From Candidatus Staskawiczbacteria bacterium (lineage in GTDB: Bacteria; Patescibacteriota; Minisyncoccia; Minisyncoccales; Staskawiczbacteraceae), in the NCBI GenBank assembly GCA_026395175.1, contig JAPLZF010000009.1:82083-146082 (forward strand): a stretch of DNA of 64,000 nucleotides, given 5' to 3'. The notes beneath the pieces were generated by a model. The model did no database searches. It saw nothing but the letters and a program-made list of their open reading frames with translations, and was not told the origin of the DNA. Below are positions 1-9,129 of the stretch, piece after piece (the first letter of the stretch is position 1; each line of letters starts with the position of its first letter). The position numbers and the translations under genes were made by a program.

Positions 1-86
1 GTTCTACGTTGAACACGTTCAGGTTGCCGTTCGAATTGAGAATGTATAAAACGTCATCTGTGCCACTGCCCCTTGAATACTCTCAG
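1..86 (-). pseudogene. 3' fragment of a paralog of the GC-rich family gene at 417-1055. The minus-strand translation ...DDVLYILNSNGNLNVFNVE matches ...ILDSYGDLLVFSVEH of that gene, and the fragment runs off the window edge
   Basis: DNA 1-45 is about 80% identical to 515-560. In that frame a TGA lies just upstream with no Met before it. The flank at 60-100 is homologous to the flank at 17975-18015 of the second cassette. Confidence 0.35.
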
Positions 87-416
87 AGCTGTATATTATT
101 CGGCATCTTTATGCCTTAACGTTTTACACCAAGTAATCTTTATTTTTAGCAAATCAGGAGCGACTCTCACAAAAGCCTTGACCATTGTGACTCTGCGCTT
201 TCCTGAAATTCAGAATTCGGCAGCCTGAAGCCGTAACCGCAGACATATTCGCCTACTATCCTAAACATATTCTATCATATTGAAATAAAAAAAGAACCCC
301 TCGATACAAGTTGCAAACTTTGCAAAATGCGCCGAGAGGCCTGTGTCGCCAAGGGTTCAAGAAACCATGTGTCCGATGAAGGACAAGGGTTCCAAGTGCC
401 CAGAGGCAACTTGAGA

Positions 417-1055
417 TTACTTGCGGGGACGGCGGAAGACGAGCTGAGCGCCTGGACTCCAGAGATAGCCGGGATTAGCATAGTCGCTGCCGAGATACAC
501 GCCATCGCCCCCGTGCTCTACGCTGAACACGAGCAGGTCGCCGTACGAATCGAGAATGGGTTCAGAGCAAATTCTGAGCCATTCACCTTTGGGCTGATCC
601 TTGTACTGCCGACGCAGTTGCGGTCCGTCTTCCGTTCCGCACAACTCCAGTCCGAACCCGAGGGCTCGCTCGTAAATCCTGTCACGGCGAGTGGCTTCCG
701 TGAAGCCGAGTTCTGCGACGCTGGTTCGGACCAGGTCAACTTCCATTTCCGTGGCCGAGACGACGAAAGCATCCTTGTTAAGCATGTCGTCAGCCCAGTC
801 GCTGATATTCATACCGGCCTTCTTCATGGCTTCGCGGAAACCGTTGGCGTCCTTGAACCCGACACCGAGCTTGATGGTCCGCCAAACGGGAAACTCCCGT
901 GGCTCAATGAACATTCCTTCAACTGCCCGCTGGAGAAACTTATTCAGTCCCTCCGGATCATACGGATAGCCTCCGGGTTGCCTCATCTGCCGCTTGATCT
1001 CCGCTAACTTCCCATCAACATTGAAATACTGATCGCCAGTGAGTACAATACCCAT
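417..1055 (-). CDS. Hypothetical protein, member 1 of a GC-rich paralogous family (about 212 aa), C-terminal motif LLVFSVEHGGDGVYLGSDYANPGYLWSPGAQLV
   Basis: Long minus ORF in a visibly GC-rich segment. The internal ATG at 1055 is preceded by AAAGGAG-N7; the ORF-track start at 1121 lies inside the leader hairpin and is probably spurious. The antisense ORF 327-1007 has a low-complexity R/L/P composition. Confidence 0.55.
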   Translation of the reverse strand: MGIVLTGDQYFNVDGKLAEIKRQMRQPGGYPYDPEGLNKFLQRAVEGMFIEPREFPVWRTIKLGVGFKDANGFREAMKKAGMNISDWADDMLNKDAFVVSATEMEVDLVRTSVAELGFTEATRRDRIYERALGFGLELCGTEDGPQLRRQYKDQPKGEWLRICSEPILDSYGDLLVFSVEHGGDGVYLGSDYANPGYLWSPGAQLVFRRPRK

Positions 1056-1245
1056 GACAATCTCCTTTCTATTTTGCCCGCCGTTAGGACAGGCTGTTTG
1101 ACTGCCACTATTAGCAGTCATAGCCAGAAAACACCGAATAACATCAGTATCTTTTGGCTACGACTGCTAGTTTCGCAAGTATTTGATTATAAATGTACAA
1201 TCTTTACCAATTATTAATTATACACCCATAATGAGTCTTTGTCAA
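1056..1245 (-). promoter_or_regulatory. Conserved promoter-leader cassette L1: sigma70-like TTGACA (1240-1245, rc), 17 nt spacer, TATAAT (1217-1222, rc), then a roughly 130 nt 5' UTR with a long hairpin at 1113-1168
   Basis: The -35, 17 nt spacer and -10 are all consensus. The 14-bp stem agcagtcatagcca / tggctacgactgct can extend to about 20 bp. The same element recurs at 18945-19146 and 60205-60345. Confidence 0.6.
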
Positions 1246-1967
1246 GCTCTTACTTTACAATCTTTAAAATATGGAGAAATTTCTTTAACAATTTCTTCTA
1301 AAAATTCTTTTTTGAACGGCTGGATTTTTTCAAAATCAGGGTCAATTGTTTTTTCTGCCCTGAACTTCTGCAAATAATATTTTACGTTTTTTTCTCCAAT
1401 CCATTTTGCAATTTTAACAAAATCTTCTTTTGTATGAATTGTATTCACCACGGTTGTGCGAAATTCAAAATCCAAGCTTCCTCGCTTTAAAAATTCAACA
1501 CTCTCTTTAATATCTTCCATTTTCACACCCTCGCCCATAATTTTTTCGTATACTCCAGCAGGTCCCTTTATATCCATGGCAACATAATCAATCAAACTTG
1601 CCCTAACCAAATCTTTTAACATTGCAGGATTTGATCCGTTTGTGTCTAATTTCACAGAATATCTCTCACCCTGAGCAAGGTCGAAGGGCAAATTTTTAAT
1701 TTTTTCTATAAAGCTCGGCAAATCTTTGTTTATTGTCGGCTCTCCTCCGCAAATTACAACACCGTCCAGCAATCCTTTTCTTTCCCTTAAAAAATCAAAA
1801 AATTGTTTTTCTGAAATTCTTGGTTGCTCTGCAATTTTTAACGGCAAAACCAATTCTGAAGAATAACACCAAGGACATCTAAAATTACATCCTGCCAAAA
1901 AAACAATGCAGGCAATTTTCCCCGGGTAATCAATTAAAGTTGTTTTTTGAAGTCCAGCTATAATCAT
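1242..1967 (-). CDS. nrdG: Anaerobic ribonucleoside-triphosphate reductase activating protein (radical SAM)
   Basis: CNFRCPWC radical-SAM cysteine motif, and it sits directly downstream of nrdD. Confidence 0.85.
   Translation of the reverse strand: MIIAGLQKTTLIDYPGKIACIVFLAGCNFRCPWCYSSELVLPLKIAEQPRISEKQFFDFLRERKGLLDGVVICGGEPTINKDLPSFIEKIKNLPFDLAQGERYSVKLDTNGSNPAMLKDLVRASLIDYVAMDIKGPAGVYEKIMGEGVKMEDIKESVEFLKRGSLDFEFRTTVVNTIHTKEDFVKIAKWIGEKNVKYYLQKFRAEKTIDPDFEKIQPFKKEFLEEIVKEISPYFKDCKVRA
1669..1688 (+). repeat. Dispersed repeat family C copy (ccctgagc-nnn-gtcgaaggg), in frame in nrdG and encoding PFDLAQG
   Basis: A near-identical 19-20 nt motif recurs at seven other loci. Confidence 0.6.
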
Positions 1968-2025
1968 GAATTAATACTAACAAAAAAACTCCCCTGCGTG
2001 CAAGGGAGTTTTTTATATTTTATAA

Positions 2026-4194
2026 TTAAATCTTTTCTGCCATTATTGGGTTAACTTGCTCGTCAACAATTTCTAAAGTTGCAGCTATTGTTTCCATTGG
2101 AAAAGCAAACTCTTTTCTTTGCTGGTATTCTTCTTGTTTACCTTTATGCCATTGTTGAACTGGCCTAATATAGCCCACAACCCTTGAATAAACTTCACAT
2201 GGCTGTTTTATGGTGCATTGCGGGCATTCAAAGTGTTCGCCGGAAATATAACCGTGCGTTGGACAAATTGAAAATGTCGGGGTTAAAGTAATATACGGCA
2301 GGCTGTAATTTTCAAATATTTTTTTGACTAAATTTTTTGCCTGGTTGGGGTCTGAAATATTTTCTCCCAAAAATATGTGCAAAACTGTTCCGCCGGTGTA
2401 TTTTGTCTGAATGTCATTTTGCAAATCCAAAGCTTGGAAAACGTCATCTGTAAATCCAACCGGCAACTGGCTTGAATTGGTGTAAAAAGGAACTTCTTTT
2501 GTGCCGGCTGTAATAATATCTGGGTATTTTTCTCTGTCGGTTTTTGCCTGCCTGTAGCTTGTGCCTTCTGCCGGAGTAGCTTCCAAATTATACAAGTTTC
2601 CTGTTTCTTCTTGAAATTTAATCATGGTATCTCTCATAAAATCCAAAATTTCAATTGCAAATTTTCTTCCCTTTGGAGTTGTAATGTCTTCTTCCAAAAA
2701 GTTAAGCAAAGATTCATTCATTCCGCAAATTCCAATTGTTGAAAAATGATTTCCAAAATAAGTATTTCTCATTTTTTTCATATCTTCCAAATAATGCCTT
2801 GAATACGGGTAAAGCCCTTTTTCCATAAAGTTGTCCAAAGCTTTTCTCTTAATTTCCAAGCTTTCTTTTGCCAATTCCATTAAATGAGCCAGCCTGGCAA
2901 AAAATTCTGTTTTTGTTTTTGATGTATATCCAATTCTCGGCAAGTTGATTGTTACCACTCCAATGCTTCCTGTTTTTGGCGAAGAACCAAACAACCCGCC
3001 TCCTCTTTTGTATAATTCCCTATTGTCCAGGCGCAACCTGCAACACATACTTCTTGCATCATCCGGGCTCATGTCTGAATTAACAAAGTTTGAAAAATAA
3101 TTGATTCCATATTTTGCCGTAGCCTCCCACATTGCTGTCAAATTCGGATTGTCCCATTCAAAATCTTTTCCAACAGAAACCGTCGGAATTGGAAAAGTAA
3201 ACGGCCTTCCCGATGCGTCGCCTTCCATTAAACCCTCGTAAAAAGCTTTTATAAACATATCCATTTCCGGCTGAAATTCCCCATAAGTTTCATTTTGCGC
3301 CTCGCCCCCAATAATTACCGGCTGTTTTGCCAAGTGCGAAGGCGGTTTAATGTCCAAAGAAACATTTATAAACGGAGTTTGGAAGCCAACTCTTGTAGGC
3401 ACCATGCAATTGTACAAAAATTCCTGCATCGACTGCTTTACCTGCTTGTAATTTAAATTATCATATCTGATAAACGGAGCCAGCAAAGTGTCAAAATTTG
3501 AAATGGCGTTTGCCCCTGCTGTTTCGCCCTGCAAAGTAAACAGCGCGTTTACCAATTGCCCCAGCGCAGTTCTAAAATGTTTTGGAGGCCTGCATTCTAT
3601 TTTTCCATAAACCCCGCCAAATCCTTTCACCAAAAAATCATACAAATCCCAACCGGCGCAATAAGGAGCCAGCAATTCCAAATTGTGAATGTGAAAATCT
3701 TCGTTGGCTGCAGCCTCGCGAATTTCTTTTGGATAAATTTTATTCAGCCAATATTTTTTTGAAATATACGAGCCGACATATTGGTTTAACCCCTGCAAAG
3801 AAAAAGTCATATTGGCATTTTCTTTTACCTGCCAATCAATTTCTTTTAAGTAGCTGTCAATTTTTTCTGAAGATTCGTCAACCGCTTGTGACGCTTCCCT
3901 AATTGTTCTTCTTTGCTCTCTGTATAAAATATATGCCTTGGCTGTTTCAACCAAATCTTCCAGCATCAGAGCCTCTTCAACAATATCCTGAATTTGCTCA
4001 ATTGTCGGAATTTCACTTTTTTTGAACCTGCGATTGAGCAAGCTCAAAACTTTTTCTGAAACTCTTTTTGAAACTTCCCCGTCTCCCTGGTTTGCGGCAA
4101 CAACAGCTTTGTGAACTGCTTCTTCAATTTTTTTTATTTCAAAATCAACGACTCTTCCGTCTCTCTTCCTAATTTTTTCTATATTATTTTCCAT
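2026..4194 (-). CDS. nrdD: Anaerobic ribonucleoside-triphosphate reductase (class III)
   Basis: N-terminal ATP cone, C-terminal glycyl-radical region RVVGY, and a Cys-rich zinc ribbon CPQC. Confidence 0.9.
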   Translation of the reverse strand: MENNIEKIRKRDGRVVDFEIKKIEEAVHKAVVAANQGDGEVSKRVSEKVLSLLNRRFKKSEIPTIEQIQDIVEEALMLEDLVETAKAYILYREQRRTIREASQAVDESSEKIDSYLKEIDWQVKENANMTFSLQGLNQYVGSYISKKYWLNKIYPKEIREAAANEDFHIHNLELLAPYCAGWDLYDFLVKGFGGVYGKIECRPPKHFRTALGQLVNALFTLQGETAGANAISNFDTLLAPFIRYDNLNYKQVKQSMQEFLYNCMVPTRVGFQTPFINVSLDIKPPSHLAKQPVIIGGEAQNETYGEFQPEMDMFIKAFYEGLMEGDASGRPFTFPIPTVSVGKDFEWDNPNLTAMWEATAKYGINYFSNFVNSDMSPDDARSMCCRLRLDNRELYKRGGGLFGSSPKTGSIGVVTINLPRIGYTSKTKTEFFARLAHLMELAKESLEIKRKALDNFMEKGLYPYSRHYLEDMKKMRNTYFGNHFSTIGICGMNESLLNFLEEDITTPKGRKFAIEILDFMRDTMIKFQEETGNLYNLEATPAEGTSYRQAKTDREKYPDIITAGTKEVPFYTNSSQLPVGFTDDVFQALDLQNDIQTKYTGGTVLHIFLGENISDPNQAKNLVKKIFENYSLPYITLTPTFSICPTHGYISGEHFECPQCTIKQPCEVYSRVVGYIRPVQQWHKGKQEEYQQRKEFAFPMETIAATLEIVDEQVNPIMAEKI

Positions 4195-4270
4195 ATACTA
4201 CATTTTACTCTAACTAAAAACCCTGTCAAATCCCGTTTTAAGCCTAAAATCTGTGGATAAACTAAAAACG

Positions 4271-5191
4271 TTAAAATTTTGTGGCTATTACGGTAATTTT
4301 TATTTCTCCCTTCTTAAGCGTGCTGTCTTTTACTGCGCCAAAGATTATTTGAGCCTTTGAATCAACATTTTTTGTAATAACGTTTGCCGCTTCCTGAATT
4401 TCATTTAAAGTAACATCATTTCCCGAAGCCGAAAACAAAACTCCTTTTGCCCCCTTAATTGAAAAATCAAGCAACGGCGAGCTGATTGCTTTTTCTGCCG
4501 CCAAAACCGCCCTGTTTTCTCCCATCATTTTTCCTGTGCCAAACAATGCGTGCCCGGAATCTTTCATAATAGACAAAACCGACGCAAAGTCTATGTTTAT
4601 AATTCCCGGCACCAAAATCAAATCGGTAATTGATTGCACAGCCTCGCGCAAAACATCGTCGCAAATTAAAAACGCGTTTGTAACCGTGGTTTTTTCATCA
4701 ACTATTTTCAAAAGCTTGTCATTTGAAATAACCAGCAAAGAATCAACTTTTCCTTTTAAATTTTCCAAAGCAACTTGCGCAACTTTTTTTCTTTCTTCAC
4801 CCTCAAAGAAAAAAGGAGTCGTAACAACAGCAACAGTTAAAATGCCAAGATTTTTTGAAATCTCGGCAATAATTGGCGCAGCTCCGCTTCCGGTGCCTCC
4901 GCCAAGCCCACAAGTGACGAAAACCATATCTGCCCCTCTTAAGTTTTCTAAAATTTCTTGTTTAGATTCTTCGGCTGATTTTCTGCCCAGGTCAGCGTCC
5001 ATTCCGGTTCCAAGACCTTTGGTAAGATTTTTTCCTATTAAAAATTTTTTGTCGGCTCGGCAGATGTGCAAAGCTTGCGCATCTGTATTTACCGCCAGCA
5101 ATTCAACCTCCTGCATTTCCAATTTAGCCATTCGTGAAACCGTGTTAGACCCCGACCCGCCAACTCCAATAACTTTAATTTTTGGATTCAT
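4271..5191 (-). CDS. ftsZ: Cell division GTPase FtsZ
   Basis: GGGTGSGAAP tubulin signature; sits downstream of ftsA. Confidence 0.9.
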   Translation of the reverse strand: MNPKIKVIGVGGSGSNTVSRMAKLEMQEVELLAVNTDAQALHICRADKKFLIGKNLTKGLGTGMDADLGRKSAEESKQEILENLRGADMVFVTCGLGGGTGSGAAPIIAEISKNLGILTVAVVTTPFFFEGEERKKVAQVALENLKGKVDSLLVISNDKLLKIVDEKTTVTNAFLICDDVLREAVQSITDLILVPGIINIDFASVLSIMKDSGHALFGTGKMMGENRAVLAAEKAISSPLLDFSIKGAKGVLFSASGNDVTLNEIQEAANVITKNVDSKAQIIFGAVKDSTLKKGEIKITVIATKF

Positions 5192-5206
5192 AAAAACTTT
5201 ATCCTT

Positions 5207-6427
5207 TTATGGGATGAAGTTTCTGATCCATTTTCTAAATCCAGAGCCCCATCCCTTGGTAAGTCCTAATATACCATCTTTTGAGCCAGAATCAACCCCT
5301 TCCAAAGCCAATCCCGCAACAGTTGCCAACGCCGGGTCTTCTTGAAGCCCTATAATGCCTTTCGGCCTGCCAATTTCGCAGGAAAGATTCAATGTTTCTC
5401 TCACAAGCTCTTTTATTTTTGGAATTTTAGCTCCACCGCCTGTCAAAACAACTCCTCCCGGCAACAACTCCTGCCTGTTAATTTTTTTCAACTCTTTTTG
5501 CACCAAGTCCAAAATTTCAGAAACTCTCGGCTCAATAATGTCCACCAAATTTTTCTTTGTGAAACTCAAAGAATCTGATTTGTCAAAAACTTCTATTCTC
5601 TTTTTCGACTGGTCCAATCCTTTTTCTGTTTTTGAAGACATGCAAGTTCCATGTTGTTTTTTAATTGATTCTGCAATTGCCACGTCTGTTTTCAGACCAA
5701 TAGCAATGTCGTTTGTAATGTTTGCCGAGCCAATTGGAAAAACAGCCAAGTGCATCAGCTCGCCTTCTTCAAAAACTGCCAAAGATGTTGTTGCAGCCCC
5801 AATATCAATTAAAGCCACTCCCAGTTCTTTTTGTTGCGGAGTCAAAACAGCGTTGGCTGCTGCTAAAGGCGAAGGAATTACATCATTTATCTGCAATTTT
5901 GCAGCCAAAACAGCTTGGGTAAGCTTTATAAAATAAGGAGAAAAAACGCACAACAGCAAAACTTTTGCTTCCAATCTTACGCCGGTAAGGTCTTCGGGCT
6001 GTTTTATCCCTTTCTGGTCGTCAATAATAAATTCTCTGGGAATAACGTCTAAAACTTCATCATTTCTGGAAATATTTATTGCTCTTGTCGCCTGCAAAAC
6101 CCTTTCAACATCTTCTTTTGAAATTCTTTGGTCTGCCCTAGAAACAGAAATTATTCCGTCGGAAGGAGTAACATACAAATGGTTTCCGCCAATATTCACA
6201 AAAACAGAATTGATTTTCCTGTTGCAGTCTTTTTCAATTCCCGAAATTATCATCTGCACATTTTTTGCCGTTTCTTCCACAGAAACCACAGCACCCTTTC
6301 TCAGCCCAAACGAAGGAATTTCCGCATACGACAAAACTTCCCAGTCGTTTCCATTTCTTTGAGCCACCAAAGCTTTTATGCTGTGCGTCCCAATATCTAA
6401 ACCTGTGACAATGTCGGCTTTCGCCAT
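5207..6427 (-). CDS. ftsA: Cell division protein FtsA
   Basis: Actin-like ATPase N-terminus LDIGTHSIKALVA; ftsA-ftsZ gene order. Confidence 0.85.
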   Translation of the reverse strand: MAKADIVTGLDIGTHSIKALVAQRNGNDWEVLSYAEIPSFGLRKGAVVSVEETAKNVQMIISGIEKDCNRKINSVFVNIGGNHLYVTPSDGIISVSRADQRISKEDVERVLQATRAINISRNDEVLDVIPREFIIDDQKGIKQPEDLTGVRLEAKVLLLCVFSPYFIKLTQAVLAAKLQINDVIPSPLAAANAVLTPQQKELGVALIDIGAATTSLAVFEEGELMHLAVFPIGSANITNDIAIGLKTDVAIAESIKKQHGTCMSSKTEKGLDQSKKRIEVFDKSDSLSFTKKNLVDIIEPRVSEILDLVQKELKKINRQELLPGGVVLTGGGAKIPKIKELVRETLNLSCEIGRPKGIIGLQEDPALATVAGLALEGVDSGSKDGILGLTKGWGSGFRKWIRNFIP

Positions 6428-6514
6428 AATGCTATTTTTTAATTTCTAATTTTGAATTTCGATTAAATTTTAAAATTCTAATTTCGAAATTCTGGTTTTA
6501 TTCGAAATTCGAAA
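6428..6514. repeat. Degenerate array of the GAAATTC/TTCGAAA heptamer repeat (family A) in the ftsA-ybeY intergenic region
   Basis: aatttctaattttgaatttcga ... ttcgaaattcgaaatt; it shares a roughly 25 nt core with the copy inside polX at 53899-53937. Confidence 0.6.
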
Positions 6515-6901
6515 TTAAAAATTCAAAATTTCTAAATACTTCTCTTCTTTCTCCTGCATTTTTATTTCTTCTGCTCTGCTTTTCTCGTGGTCATATCCGC
6601 ACAAGTGCAAAATGCCATGAACAAAAACTTCCATTATTTTTTCTTTCTTTTCTTTTACAACTTCCGGACAAATCACAATCTCGCCTAAATAATCTTTTTC
6701 GTTAAACAAAAAAGATAAAACGTCGGTAGGTTTATTTTTCCCGCGATATTTTTTATTAAGCTTTGCAATCTCGGCTTTTTCCACAAAAGCCAAAGATAGC
6801 GTTTCCGTTTCTCTATTTTCGCCTAATAAAACTTTTTTTGCAACCTGTGAAAAACTTTTCTTATCCACAGAAAACTTGGTGAGGTTATTTATCTCTATCA
6901 T
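6515..6901 (-). CDS. ybeY: rRNA maturation endoribonuclease YbeY
   Basis: HGILHLCGYDH metal-binding motif. Confidence 0.85.
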   Translation of the reverse strand: MIEINNLTKFSVDKKSFSQVAKKVLLGENRETETLSLAFVEKAEIAKLNKKYRGKNKPTDVLSFLFNEKDYLGEIVICPEVVKEKKEKIMEVFVHGILHLCGYDHEKSRAEEIKMQEKEEKYLEILNF

Positions 6902-6995
6902 TCTGTCAATTATACCAAATATTCCACAATAAACAAAACAATAAAAAAGCGCTCATTTCACTGAGCGCCATGGCAAACCGAAAAGTTCGGCTATT

Positions 6996-7829
6996 TTACC
7001 CTTGCAAAACTTCGGCCATTGTAAAGATGTCTTTTTCAACTTTGTGTCTGGCGAGAAACCGAATCGCCCGCAACACGCCGTCCACATAGACGTTTCTGCC
7101 CAACACATTGTATGTGAATTGCAGTTTCACGGTGCCGTCCGGAGACATCATTGTGTAGGTATGATACGCGTGGCCACCAATATATTTCTTTGGAACGCCA
7201 AGCTTCACTTCTTGGACCACAGGGTCTCGCACCATGTTGTCTGCAATCTGTTCTTTTGTGTACGGCATTCCAAGCGCCGCGAAGAATTCCAGCAGGCTCA
7301 CCGCCGTCCCACTGGGGTCTTTTTTCCCAGCCTGGTGGCTTTCTTCAATGAGCAACTGCCAGCCTTCAAGCACATTCGGAAAATTCTTGGCAGCGTATTC
7401 CAACATCGCCTGAAACATCACAACTGGCGAGGCCATATTTGGAGCAATAACAGCCGAGACACAGGACTTCTTAACCGTTTCCTCCAGCTTTTGTCTGTCT
7501 CCGCCGGTTGTCCCCATAACAAAGGGAACTCCCGCTTGGCAATACAGCTCGGCATTGCGGTTGACCGCTTTCGGTTGTGTGAAATCAACAACCATGTCAA
7601 TATCTTTACGACTCCGTAAGAAGTCTGTATGTTCATCGGTTGGAATCAAACGCACTGCTTCCGGCGACCTCTCATCTGCGATGAGCGTAACTCCTTTCTC
7701 TTCGGAAAGCGCATAAGGATACAACTCCATGTCTTCCTGAGACACAATGGCTTCCGCGACAAGCCTGGCCATTTTCCCCATTTCTTGTTGTGCTGACAAT
7801 CCTGCTACCATCGCCATAATCTTTTTCAT
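6996..7829 (-). CDS. dapB: Dihydrodipicolinate reductase (DapB)-like oxidoreductase, visibly GC-richer than its neighbours
   Basis: ESHQAGKKDPSGTA matches the DapB E-HH-K-D-PSGTA signature. Its own promoter TTGACA-16-TAGTAT lies about 100 nt upstream. Confidence 0.6.
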   Translation of the reverse strand: MKKIMAMVAGLSAQQEMGKMARLVAEAIVSQEDMELYPYALSEEKGVTLIADERSPEAVRLIPTDEHTDFLRSRKDIDMVVDFTQPKAVNRNAELYCQAGVPFVMGTTGGDRQKLEETVKKSCVSAVIAPNMASPVVMFQAMLEYAAKNFPNVLEGWQLLIEESHQAGKKDPSGTAVSLLEFFAALGMPYTKEQIADNMVRDPVVQEVKLGVPKKYIGGHAYHTYTMMSPDGTVKLQFTYNVLGRNVYVDGVLRAIRFLARHKVEKDIFTMAEVLQG

Positions 7830-8131
7830 GACTTTCCCTTTCTATGTTGGCTCATTGAGCCGTTGTGAACGAACAGAACGAAACAAAACTTAACTTATTT
7901 ATATACTAATACTAATTATCATTTTGTCAAACAAAAAACCTGCCTGCCGGCAGTTTCTCACTTTCAGGGGGTAAAACGGCCCCAGCCCCTCCTGGCGCTC
8001 CAGGCGTAGTTCCTTGTCCCGCCGAAGCCTTTGGCGAAGACTGGTCCTGCCAAAAAATTATTTCTCAATTAATCTTTATTAAAAGGCTCCTACCCCTTTT
8101 TACCCCCTTTTACTCGAATCCAAAAAAAATA

Positions 8132-8863
8132 CTAATAAGTTTGAGGACTTAAATTTTCAACTATATTTTCAGATTTTTCTTTATAATCTTGGGACTGCAA
8201 ATATTCTTCTAATGTTGTATCTTGCCATTTTAGGTAGTATGCTTCTTTATTCCAACTCTTGAACAGTTCTTTGAGATATTTTTTCATTTCAATAAAAGTG
8301 TTTTCAACTAATGACCCACTACCATCTGATACAGATAACATTGTTGCGAATGCCTGCGATAGCATCATAATATTAATTGATATTTGGTCAGATTTATTCA
8401 TAACTTTTCTAATTGTTTGATCGCAATGATAAAAACTTATTAATAAAGCAAATTTATTCTTTACAACCACGATTCGATTTGAATGGATCAATGAGTAAAA
8501 AATATCATTTGAAATATAGCAAAACCCATGGACATCCTGATGGGTTTCTCTCCAATCTTTTATTTTTTTTAAATTACTATTTATACAGAGTAAATTATTG
8601 AATAATTCAGTTATAAGAAGTTTTTCCAATTCATTGTTTATTTGTTTTTCCCTTTGGACGCTAACACAATAAATCCCAAAAGCAACAATAATTGCTATAA
8701 CGTTAACGAATACAGAAATAGTATCTGCTACAAAACTCCATTCAATTTGTGGCATAACAAATAATTTATTTTCTAAAAAATAATCTGATAATATAAACAA
8801 TCCTCCAAAACCCATAAAAATAAAATGGTACCAGTTTAATTTTTCGAGCAAGCCATAATCCAT
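8132..8863 (-). CDS. Hypothetical membrane protein (two N-terminal TM helices), last gene of the defence-island operon
   Basis: ORF plus hydrophobic segments; no recognisable motif. Confidence 0.5.
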   Translation of the reverse strand: MDYGLLEKLNWYHFIFMGFGGLFILSDYFLENKLFVMPQIEWSFVADTISVFVNVIAIIVAFGIYCVSVQREKQINNELEKLLITELFNNLLCINSNLKKIKDWRETHQDVHGFCYISNDIFYSLIHSNRIVVVKNKFALLISFYHCDQTIRKVMNKSDQISINIMMLSQAFATMLSVSDGSGSLVENTFIEMKKYLKELFKSWNKEAYYLKWQDTTLEEYLQSQDYKEKSENIVENLSPQTY

Positions 8864-8894
8864 AATAGAGGTAAATCCACTATTTTTTTATTTC

Positions 8895-9125
8895 TCAATC
8901 AATTTTTGTCAACATTTTAAATTTATTCTCTAAATAAAAATTCTTTGTTTTTAAATAAATCATCTGATAAAACGGTGCCATTTTAATATTTTCGGGGTTT
9001 ACGCAATCAACCATCACGGCTTGCGCTACTTTTAGTAATTCAAATTGAGTGCTTTTTTTATCTAAAATTTTATTTTTTTCGAAGCTAATAAATTTTAACT
9101 CTTTTTCAAAATTAAATTTTTTCAT
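8895..9125 (-). CDS. Hypothetical small protein (76 aa)
   Basis: ORF tightly packed between the REase candidate and the membrane protein. Confidence 0.4.
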   Translation of the reverse strand: MKKFNFEKELKFISFEKNKILDKKSTQFELLKVAQAVMVDCVNPENIKMAPFYQMIYLKTKNFYLENKFKMLTKID

Positions 9126-9129
9126 ATTT

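Noticed and set aside
327-1007. 226-aa plus-strand ORF opposite gene 417-1055
   Set aside because: Low-complexity R/L/P/G composition typical of the antisense strand of a GC-rich gene; the minus ORF has an RBS and a protein-like composition.
1056-1121. N-terminal extension of gene 417-1121 from the upstream ATG
   Set aside because: That ATG lies inside the conserved leader hairpin. The internal ATG at 1055 has a canonical AAAGGAG RBS.
4536-5345. 269-aa plus-strand ORF across ftsZ/ftsA
   Set aside because: Antisense to two strongly supported genes; S/P/K-rich, no motifs.
6428-6514. CRISPR array
   Set aside because: The repeats are 7-nt tandem units with no spacers. Copies occur inside coding genes, and there are no cas genes.
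7002-7619. 205-aa plus-strand ORF inside the dapB-like gene
   Set aside because: Antisense shadow ORF in a GC-richer gene.
7940-8070. SRP (4.5S) RNA on the minus strand upstream of dapB
   Set aside because: Only a loose resemblance (GGACAAGGAACUACGCC against GGAAGGAAGCAGCC); no clear domain IV motif. Mentioned only as a possibility.
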